64,000 nucleotides of DNA from positions 307,074 through 371,073 of the forward strand of contig NMRA01000442.1 in assembly GCA_002633005.1 (NCBI GenBank), given 5' to 3'. The position numbers and the translations under genes are program-made. This DNA is from Phoronis australis (lineage: Eukaryota > Animalia > Phoronida). This document shows, one piece after another, positions 42,801 through 54,800 of the stretch; within the stretch, counting starts at the first letter, position 1; each line of letters opens with the position of its first letter. The notes beneath the pieces were generated by a model. It saw only the letters and a list, made by a program, of their open reading frames with translations. It did not search any database and was not told the DNA's origin.

Positions 42801-45800
42801 CTCAAAAAACGATATTTTAGAGAACCGTGCTTAAAGCATTGTATCAGAAATTTTCATTTGAATCTGATCAGCCATATTTAAGATATGACATTCCAAAGAT
42901 TGCCAAATTTAGACATTTCTCTCAGGCCCTACATAACCTCAAACTTTTGCAGCAGAGAAATACAAGTCACCTTTTTGGCATTGGTCCGTCTCGCATTGAT
43001 GCAGTTATTCCTTTGACAAAGTGGAGGTTGCCAAGCTGTAATAAATACCCAGAATATCAAATTACAAAGCCTCGGCACTGCTTGTTGAAACTGGTGCTTT
43101 TCTGGATGTTGATTTAATCGAATGCAATGCAAATCACAAATAAGCCACTTCTAGCCAAAAACCATATGACATCATGCAGTTAATACTCCCAAGCTCTACA
43201 AAAATGTGCACTTGGCATTTGATAGAAAAAAAAACCGCTGTCACCAACAGATGCTATCAAATGAGGCCAAAGCAACAAAGACTAAATGCAATTACGGTAA
43301 TATGGAATTTCTGGTAGAACCACTAAGAGCACCTGGGTGTATACAGTGATCAGTGAGGTGTATATTCATGTAAAACTGCAACCAATCAAAAAGTTTGCTC
43401 ATGTCCTAAGTAATGAATATGGCTAGTCTTCTCTTTATGAGACTGTTGACTAGATGAAGACAGCCAGACTTCTGTTTATGAGAGTAGTTACTAAATGAAG
43501 ATGAGCAGTCTTCATTTTATGAGACTGCTAACCTCAGTGAAGACAGACAGACTTCTCTTAATAAGACTGGTTACTAAACGAAGACAAGCAGTCTTCTCTT
43601 CATGAGACTGCTATCTCAGTGAAAACCACCAGACTTCTCTTTATGAGACTGGTTACTTAATGAAGACGATCAGTCTTCACTTTGTGAGACTGCTACCTCA
43701 GTGAAGACAACCAAACTTCTCTTTATAAGACTGGTTACTAAATGAAGACAGGCAAGCAGTCTTCACTTGATGAGACTGCTACCTCAGTGAAGACAGCCAA
43801 ACTTCTCTTTATAAGACTGGTTACTAAATGAAGACAGGTAAACAGTCTTCACTTTATGAAACTGCTATCTCAAGACGGCCAGATTTCTCTTATGAGAGAT
43901 GACTCAATGAAGACTGCCAGTTTTCACTGGCCATTGACTCAACACCGTCAAACATTTATCATGCATACATTAACAACATAGTCATTCACAAATTCACAAT
44001 AAGACTATCCTGAAGGGTCCATGATCCAGTTGTCAAACATGATAAGCTTATGTTTGCTTCATAGGAATGAGCATGAGTAATGTGCTGTAATTGGTCCAAT
44101 CATGTGTCTATCAATCTGCCAGTTTGCAGTCACATCTCCAAGTACATAGGAATCAGTTTTGGGACAAAAGATGGCAGACACGGGAATTTATTTAGTCAAC
44201 TTACTCAACAAAAATGATATTTAAGAAAATGTTTAGCTTTTGTTGACATGGCTTGTACAGTATAGCTGAGAAAAAAACAACATCAGGTTATACTGCATTT
44301 TTCGGAACTATTTTGCTCCACTAAATTTTTACCGTAATTCTCAAATCAATTATGTTGTTAACTGGAAAAAAACGGTTACAAAACTTCAGGATGTCAGATC
44401 AGTCATTGCAACTACCACTGAGCTATTGCTGATCACAGAGCAGGCAAGTGCAGGTAAAACAAAATTACTGCAATCCTCACTGTGGGTGTCCTCTACTAAC
44501 AAAATGGCTGCCAAAATACAACATGGCTGCCAACACTACAAAAAGACAACTTATCTAAACGAGCACAGCATGCATTCACATAACCATGCAATGCAACTTT
44601 CAGCTAAATGCAAAGAAATATAAATCGCAAAACTGCTGGAAGCTCTTTTTCCAGACGTTTTGTAATTGTTCAAATTTAGAAATTCATCTCGATCAATAAC
44701 ATCTGCCACCCTCAACTTTCAACTATTTCAACTTTATGGACTGGGTCTACTTTTAATCTATACCACATGAATATCCTAGAATCTGCTATTTCAAATTCAC
44801 TCCATAGTACACTAAATCGATACACTCAAGACAAACTTCAGTCACTAATATTATGTCTAACACAATAGTCAACACCTCATTGCTCAAAACAACAAACAAA
44901 CAAAGAATACAGAAGGTCACCAGAAAGAAACGTGAAAAACCAAGTCACAAACCTGGTTCACCAACAGGACTGTGAACCATGTCAATCACAAACAACGGAA
45001 AAAGTTTGTAACTGACAAAAATTGACCAAATTGCCAGGATTGTGACTTGCGAATGAAGAGGCCAGTGTAAATTTCAAAATAATGCCATTTATTTCCATAC
45101 ATTCCTTTTGCGGCTCAGTACAAAGCCCAACACATACTAGTTTCTATTTTGAACTAAACCCTTGTGCTCATGAATCAATACAAAATAGGCGTGACATCAA
45201 AAGGGCATCAAGTCCAAATTTTGTCTCAGCATGGCAATCTTGAAATAAACAGATTAAGACTTAAAAAAACTCTTCTCAAAAGTTTCCTTGCCATGAAAGC
45301 GAACTGGTTTCCACCTTAAAATGAGGTCACCAACGATTGATAAACTGCTATAATCTTTTAGAAAAGTTGGCTAGACCCTCAACAGTCTGTTTGGTGATGG
45401 GAATTGTTTTTATCACGCTACATTGTGTGGTTGTTTAATCTGAATTCTGGCTTGAACTTCAGGTGTTGAATATAGACAAAACGTCACTTTAAATATAGGG
45501 CTAATTTAGTGAACATACGGAGAAAACATCCCTTTAAATCTCACATAAATTTAGGAACAGACAAAATGTCCTTTAAATCTTGGGCAAATTTGATAAATAT
45601 AGAGGAAACGGCCCTTTATATCATACGACAATTTGTTGAATATAGAGGAAATGCCCCTTTAAATCTTTCGCCAATTTATTCTCTAGAAAAGCATCAAATG
45701 TCTTGAGCAATGTAGTATTGAACTAAATGGCATCATGATGTTGGTATTAGTAAGTGGTACAGTGCTGTGCGCGACACTGAACATGGAACCTTACCAGTGG

Positions 45801-48800
45801 CTTTAAATCCTTCATTTAACAGAAATCATTGCACTAATTAATGAAAAAGGCCTATGACCAATACACCACACAAATCAACAATTATTTAATATTTCTTTTA
45901 ACCACTTAACAAACAAGAGCAATTGACCTATCACAAGCTCCGCCCCCTTGCATAATGTCGACCAACAAACAATAAGTTTTACCCGCCAACGTGTTCTTTG
46001 TCGGGTAAAAAAGCGGCTTGGAAACAAAGGCGTGTCAATAATGCTGCATTCTAAATGTTCAGTTAAGTCGTCCCTCAAAATCCTGGTGATAGGTCATTTC
46101 AGAGCGTTGATATGCGTACACTGCGTACATCGCATGTATCACAGATAAAGGGATAATTACTTTTTCAAAATGTTCACACAAAAGGGAGCAATGCTAGTAA
46201 ACTTAAAAGTGTCTAAAGGGTGCATATCAAGTCAGCAATGGTCTTTTCAAGAGGAACACACCTGCCAAGATCATAATAAAACTTAAACTGCCACTAGGGG
46301 CTCAGTGATAGTGAGGTACATCCAAAAGTCCTCGTTATCCATTGTCACGTCCATAGAAATACACGCTTGCAAAATGTCACAAAGATCCTGCTGTAGTTTA
46401 GGAGAAACAGTAATGGATGAGAACAAAGTAAACTGACACTAGAGAGTGCCACAGTAGTTAAAAAAAATCATTGCCAGCCAGGCTCTTAGCAGTAGCAACA
46501 CATTTGACAAATGAATTTTCATAACAGTTCTTAAAGTGATTGATACCAAAATAAAAATAATAAAAATGGCTTCTAGGAGGCGTGCACAATGACAAATCTG
46601 TCTGAAAACGAGAAGGTGTCATCGTCTCTTTAATAGAACCCTATTTGCCAAATTTCATAAGAATCCTTCAAGCGTTCTTGAGATTTGACCTTGAAAATTT
46701 ATATCAAATGATATTTGGTCAAGCTATTCATACCCTTGTTTAGCTATGAATATTGCTTTCTTTTTGGTGAAATTTACAAAAAAATCATGGTCACGTGACC
46801 TAATTGACAACACATTGTTTCTACTTTTCAGGAAATATAAGCTTTTACAGAGAAATTGAGTTTTTTACTAGATACTTGGCTAAACACAGACTTGTCAAGG
46901 TCCTACACAGGCTTAAACTGCTTAAAATGACCAATTTCATATCAAAACCCCAAGAAACAACCCCACCAGTCCCCGATCTGCTATCAAATTAGAACACCTG
47001 GAAACACTATCAGACGATAAGTTAATTAGCTGATCTCCAATTATGAGCATTTATAGGTTAAAACATACTAACTAAAATCAGGACAACCAGTCACAGCACT
47101 AGCTACCCTCCCTAATTCTGTTTAGTGTGAACAGTCGTCTGATATTGCTGCTCATTTTCCAGTGGTTTACGGTGTAATAAAGAACGGCAAGGCATTGGGT
47201 TTGTGAATGTTTGACAACTTCGTGTTCAATCACGCTGTGACTCTTTTTTGTGGAGCTAAGACACTTTCAATTGAAGCCGTTTTTCTTCTATTTTCTCATT
47301 TTGGGATATTGATTTCACAGTGCTATAAAGGAAGGTAAGACGATGCTGACAATGCTGTCACTAGTCAAAACTGCAAATGGTGGTCTTAAGGACTTCTATG
47401 TTTTAGTAACACAAACAAGTTTTAGAATCCACCACCAGTGAAGTATTGAAATTTGCAGAATGAGAAAGTATAGAGCACACAAGAAACAGTGAATACCTGT
47501 TATAAAAGAGATGGAAAATAAAAAGTGCATTTAAGTCATACTGATAGTATTGTTAAAACTGGTAGCGGCATTTTTAACACTTATCCCGAAACTTAGTAAA
47601 GAGCTAAGACAAAGAACCCAATCTCTCCAAAACAGTAAGTGAAAAGTATTTAAAATTCCAGCGAAATTGTAATTTTTCCACTAACTAAAACCAAATAGAC
47701 TGTTGGTCACAGAGTGGGTTATTAAACCAAAGAATAATTCAGCATTGAATTAAGCACACAAACATTGCGTTACGAGATTTGAATTGAATTGCAAAGTTAC
47801 CAATAAAATTTAATCAAAGTTCTACAGTGCGCAAAACTAGTATCACCATTACACTGGAACACGTGTGTGTTATGAATGAAGAATGATGTTTTGTTTTGAT
47901 TTTGCATGCGCCTCAGAAAATAAACCAAGGTCAGAAGAAAGCAGAGTCAATACAGTCTTCTAGTTTCTGCAATACAAAATAATTAATACTAATAAAGTTG
48001 AGGTGTTTTTGAGGAGCTTGATATCAACTAGGTGGTGCTATGGCAAAATCTCACCAATTTGGGACACAACATGGAGGACAAGTGAAATTTTATTTTCTCA
48101 TTTAATCATAAAAGACATGCAACATCACATTAATGTTTTACCAAGTTCAAATTCTACACCACCAGGAACTATTTTTAAAAATTGTGGGCATTCACAACAA
48201 TTTTAGACCTTGAAAAACGAAAAAGGATAATTATGGCAGCTATTTTTGTCTGAAATTGGCGGTGAGATTTTACCGGTTGTAAATTGACTCTCCTTCATGT
48301 AGAAATGCATGCATCCAGGCCTGTGTTTGATAAACAACTTAATTCCATTCTTAATCTTTTCAGATGATGGAAAGAGGGTTCTTGTTAATTAGCGCCACCT
48401 GGTGAATATCAAGTAGCCTATTGCTACCATCTTAAATTTAATTTATCTCAGTTTAAAGCTGACAATTTTTGGACAGCAAAATTGTGGTCAATAAAACTCT
48501 GATGCCACAAGTTCAGTTCCTTGACAACATAAAAAGCCTCCCCTTCCAGTGCCAAATATAAGGAAAACTTTGCTGATTTTTACTAGATTTTCTTGCAACA
48601 TCTCCAAAACAGTTAGCAAATGCTGAAATCTTGGTGTGACCTTTAAGTGACAGAGAACACCCCATTGTGACTATCTCGAATGAGGTAAGAGCATGTAACA
48701 GGCATCAGATGCCAGCTCTTATCCCATTGTACATGGTACGTGGTATTCATTGCAACTTTGACACCGGAGGTGGCTTCTTTTCGTTGACAAAGAACTGAAT

Positions 48801-51800
48801 GTATGACACCTGTTACAAACAAATTTATTTTGTAAACTACACAAAAATGTTTGTATAATACCATTCTAAAATTAAGTAAACAGAGACTTTGCAAATCTCG
48901 CTGTTACAGATAAGCAATTTTTCATTAGTCACGTGACCTTCCACCGTGCAAAGAGTGTGTTATAAAAACGTCACAGTTTGATGCTAGTATACTCGGGTAA
49001 GTTACAGAAAACCTGTGAAATATTGTTAACCGTGTTAACGAGACAGATTGAGAGAAAGAGCATCACTTTTACCGTCAAAATCTCTTCTTGGATGAAAAGC
49101 TGGTCCTGAAATTTTAAGTCTACCAATGACACGATGTTAAAGCCAGTGACCTCTGTGGTTCATAACTACATGAATAAAGGGGTAAAAGTAACCAAACAAG
49201 TGCCACTTGCCACTTTCATTGATGACACAATATTGGAATGTCACTCGACCAAACCCTAATGCGTGTTGAGAAAGCAACTGGTGCCAAACCACCAAGAATT
49301 CTTAGACTGCAAGGCTTGATTCCCTCTTCAAGAGCAGCCAATCAACTGGCAAAAGTCATCCAATTAAATTACGCGCCCGAAGTCCTCACTGGGAACAAAT
49401 AAAATGTTTTTCCGCGAGTACTCGAGCTGAAAATGAGCATGATATCAAGTACACGACAGAAATATTTGTACAAAATTACGATGATGGTGTAAGACAAAAT
49501 TTGAGGAACCGTGGCACAATATGACTCATTGCTGTGGTTAGTCTGCAGGTGAATTCTGCTGGCACTCGGCTGCCATGAAGGGGAATTTTGCCTACGCTCA
49601 GGGAATTACGTCTTATTCTGTCTTATTTTTGGTTAGCACTGCATGGAGGAATGAAGGGGAATTCTACATGTGCGCAGACGTTATGGCAGGAAATAAATTA
49701 GTTTTGGCGTGCACAGCTCTTCTGCCAATCAAACATTTTGTTCATCATCTGCTACACAGTTGGGAACTTCACATATTGTGGGTACGTTTTCCACACATAC
49801 GTGTAGGCAGCAAACACACCTGCCATTTGAAAACTTAATGCCACAAAGTATTTGTGGCGAGTAATTCACAAATGGTGTTCAAAATCAAAAACAACACGAC
49901 AGAAACACTTTAGATTTAATCTAGTAAACGACCTTCAGGAAAATTATAGATGGCTAGCATTAAATAACTTTTTGTTTTTAATAATTTTTTACCAACTATT
50001 GAGGTTAAATGTACAGCGCAAGCATTCTAAGCTCAGTGGAAAATCAGATTTCATGACGGTATAAGAGAGCAAGACAGACGTTGACACAAATTCATTAGTC
50101 TTGTAATCCAAAAAATTTAAACAATTAGAAAATCCCAGTCATGCTTCAAAACCAATTATTGGCATGCCTCAGTCAACAAAGCAAAAACTATTAAGTGAAC
50201 TATACATCGCCATGGTGACTGCAAACACGTGTATTCTGTCAAACGTTAACAGTTATCTTACAATCTGCACTCGCTTCAATTTCAACAGCAGTTCAGACAC
50301 AATAAATTGAAAAATTATCACGAGCCTGATCAAAGAATAATATTAAGAACAGCAACATCAACATACCAACGTACCACTAGATCACCAAGGAAACATTACC
50401 TAGGTACTTGTAGTGCATTCCGCGTCGGTCGGACAGCGACGGGTTCAGTTGAGGCCAATAGTGGAACAGTAGGGTAGCGGCAGGCACCCTACAGGCAGGG
50501 GGTCCGTAGGCAATCACCTGTAGCAGGTCCTTGATCGTGTCGCGTTTCATGCTCATGAGACACTCTAGTAATTGGCTGTGAAACTCTGTTAGAACAGAAA
50601 GTGAGAGCGACCGTCATATTTATGCTAAACAGAGGGTAAAGAAACGATACTTGGATGAGCACATCATGAAAACATCTTTTGGGGTGCTCATAGTGCCATG
50701 CTCATATGAAGAATTTTTTACATACGTGAGGGCAAGACTAGAGTGTAAATCACCAAGAAACATTACAATGATACATACTGTAATGTTTCTTGGAGATTTG
50801 TCTTGCTCTTAGAAGGATTAACAAATATACCAGGAGTTTGAGCAAGTGTCGATTACAACTGTAAATAGACACCACTGTTGTAAATTTACCAAATTCTGCT
50901 TACAAGAAGGGTGGTAAATATCACACATTTTGAGGACCACTGAACAAACTGGTTCTCAAAGTGACTATTGCATGGAGGGCTGTGGCTGCTGCCAAACACT
51001 GTACACACTGTCAGATATATCTTATGTAAATTTTAAGCCGGCACAGAAATACAGATCACAAACATTTTAAGTCTGGTCTGCATGCCAGCTATTGGCCACA
51101 CCACATGACCTAATGAACATAAGTTTGAAAAGATTTCTCCCCTTAACCGAGACTCGACTCCGGGATTTTATGGGTAGAAGGCCCCCTGCTAAGTCTGATT
51201 GGATTTCTGTGTTTGACCGGTGGTCCTGATGGCTCAGTGGCTAGAGCATTTACATTGCCACTACGGGGCACCACAGTAGTCGTACCAGTCAGAAAATCAA
51301 TGTCAGTACTGTTCTTGACAACAGATAAACAGCCAAGTTTCTTAATAATGAACAGTTTGGTAGATGAAGGGATAGATGAAGAGGCTGGCATCAAAAAATC
51401 AAAAATAATAAAATTGTTTGAAAGGTGGAACAACATACTCCTACACTGCTCAAAAATGGAAAGGTGTTGTTATCTCTTTAATAGAAACCTATTCACTAAA
51501 TTTCTTGAAGAATTCCGAAGGTATAAAAGCAAAGATAGAATCTAAAATACCACTAGGAGAAACAACAGTAGTAATATCTGCGTGAAAGTCGTCGTCATTC
51601 ATTGTCAAGCTCATAGAAAAACGTTTGCCAAATTTCACAAAGATCCCACAAGCGGTTAAGGAGATGCAGACCCAAAAACAAAATTGCCACTAGGGTGCAA
51701 GACAGTAGTCACACCATCTGAAAATCAATGTCAGCCAAGGTCTTCACAGCAGGAACACGGCCAATATTCATACTGATCTCAACAGCCAAACAGAGATGAT

Positions 51801-54800
51801 AGCTATATGCACCCACACATGTATATGTGGGCACATAAAATTTGAATCGCAGGAGATACTTATCTGTTTGTGCTAAAAAAACCAACATGGAAAATGAGTC
51901 TAGTGGCCCTAACTAAAGCAGCTATAAACACATGTTTCAGCCAAGAATCAAACTTTAATTCAGACCACTTACAACAATAAAATTTGTCTCAAATTGTTCT
52001 TTACCCAGAAGAGAGGTGAATTCATGGTTTGCCAAGAACTGACAACTCCTCTTGGCACTTTCTGGGTTATGTATATTCATTGTATTGAAGATTTCGTAAG
52101 ATTTAAAAAAAAAATTCCTTACATTCCTTAAGACTATGCCCAGCACATAAAATGGCTCATCCAAGAACAAACGGAAAGTTCTTTCAAATCCCTGACATCA
52201 ACTTCCATAGGATCATTCCGGATTACATTGTGACACTCGAATCTCACTCTATTTACCCACAATGCCACAAATATTTGTCAGGCACATTTGCTGCCTTGTT
52301 TTTGCTTCCGTTGTCTGATTCTTTGCAAGTTTTTCTCGGCGCCATTTCTCTGTTCGTCCTTCCAATGCTAACAAAATATTACTGCTTTGCTGTGCTGCGG
52401 GCTGCAACTCCGACGTGAGAAAGTTTGATATACTAGACAAATACCTGTGGATGCGTGACGTGAAGTTCTTTGCCTTCCCGACATCAATAAGAGACAAGAA
52501 AATGCGAAGCAAGTGGGTAAAACAAGATCGTCGGGTTAATTTTGAACAGAACAGAATCCCTTTCTTGAAGACACCTGTTCAAATCAGGTACTTTTGAATG
52601 GCTGAAATCGGGAATATTTCCACATCCCCTTACACGATCTGCGAAAATGTACTCGATTTCCAAAATAAGGTGACACACTTTTTGATCTCCAGGACAAAGG
52701 AGAGTTTTATCGCCATGTGATCTGGTACAGCTCTATTTGACAGGTTTGCGTGATGGAAGGTGCGTTCATAGCCATTTTAAATTTCATTTCAATTAAAAAT
52801 CAATTACTCAAAAGTTGCACTCATTTGGTAACCCCATCAGCAGCCTTTTTGCAAATATCTTAATGCATGGAGAAATAAGGAAACAGGAATTTGTTCAGTG
52901 TAGCCAAGTCCAAATATGCTAGTTGAAGCTTATGAAGTCACGGGCACAAATAACAGAGAATACATGCCTGTGAAGACAAATTACGCGTTACCTGGCTTCT
53001 CAGTGTACTGTAGTACCATCATCAGTACAGCCGCCACAGAGTCTGAAGCAGTAGTGGCTGCCTCGTCAATTCCAGGGTGACCTGCAGGTAAATAGGCTGA
53101 CAATGCATAAATGATGGACAGAGACCTGCAGGTAAACAGGTTGATAATGCATAGATGAGGGACAAAGACCTGCAGGTAAATAGGATGATTATGCATAGAT
53201 CAGGGACAGAGACCTGTAGGTAAATAGGCTGATAATGCATAAATGAGGGACAGAGACCTGCAGGTAAATAGGCTAATAATGCATAAATGAGGGAAGTCCT
53301 TCAGGTAAATAAGTGGGGAAGAAAGTCCCACAGGTGAAAAAGGTAGATAATGAATAAGGATATACAAATGAAGAAACATGTCTGTTAGGGAGTTTAAACA
53401 GGTACCCAAGAAGTCACACACAAGCCATGTAACTGGGGCGGAATTAGTTATGGCCGTCAGCCACGAGACATTTACAGGATAGAACTAGTGAGTATTCAAA
53501 ATACTTTATTCTCTTGCAATTCAAACTATGTGTTCAAAGAACTAGTGAGTATTCAGAATACTTTTTCTCTTGCAATTCAAACTATGTGTTCAACACCGCT
53601 CAGTGCCGGCCATTCCGCTAGTGTAGACCAGTTAAGTTGTGAGACTAATCAATAAACCCGAGTAGGGCCATGCATCATCTCACCACACTCGCAAGACACT
53701 GGATTGACTGAGCGCACACTGTCTACAGGCTACCCAAACAACACAGTTGTCATACTCATTAACATCACTTACAAACATGGCTCAATTGGCCGATACTCAG
53801 TTCACATTACTCACTAACACAGCTGAACTACTGCAAAACACGCTGCTAGATGCACAAACACGATTCACTCATTGGCATCAGTGTACAGACCATGGAATAT
53901 ACACATCATGTTTGTGAGTTTCAGCATGACTTTNTTGACTGTATAAGCCATGTTTTGCGAATTCAGCGGTATATTTGGTGGAGGGTGAGCCATGTCCGAG
54001 TCAGGGTACGAGTTCGTGAGTCGGTAAACTGAGTTTACTGAGTCAGTGAGACGCGTTTATGAGTCAGGAGCGATGTTCATGAGCACATCAATCGAAATGT
54101 TTCAGTAGCACCGATTTAATTGCTGAGCAGATCACGTCTCACTTCCATACTTGCATCCACACCGTATGTAGAGATGGAAGCAAGCCTATGACTTACCCAG
54201 CGTTGCAGGCAGCAGATAGGTACATAATAGATCTATGGTCCAACCATGCAACTCGGCAGGAAACACCGGTAGTGTTGCAGCGATGGTGTACGGCAGTCCG
54301 TCTAGAAGGTCGTACTCAAGGAAGGGCACCAGACATCCGAGCACATGAAGAACGGATTCACCAAGTTCTTCAAGAAAAGCAGATGAAAAAGGAGTTACAA
54401 CTGTTAAGTGACCAGCAAATAAAAAACATTAGTAAAGAATTCAACAGTTGTTATCACAGGCATAAAATTCAGATAAAAAAGAGAGACAGTTTTGTTATAA
54501 TGCACAAAATTGATATTTCTGATATTTTTTCTTTTTTCACTGGGACTTATCTCAATTCGTACTAATTTATTTGTAAATTCAGATCATGGGGCAAAAATGA
54601 ATGAATGAATGTACGGTGTAATAGAGCATGTTACCAACAGTTACCAGTCTACATACCCCAGAAACTTAAGTTTTGTCTTCCATATAACAAAGCATATTAA
54701 GCAACATTAACAAATATGACACCAATGGCCTCAATGTCAATAAACAAATTGTGAAAAAAAAATAACATGTCATGCATAATTTCATGACAGTTTTCTAATT

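Noticed and set aside
40917-43925. 29-bp and 39-bp arrays as CRISPR-like repeats
   Set aside because: Head-to-tail repeats without unique spacers, in a eukaryotic intron, with no cas genes.
48643-48894. ORF containing VLCQRKE as the missing Cys-containing UNC79 exon
   Set aside because: 42971-43035 matches the expected motif and phases much better.
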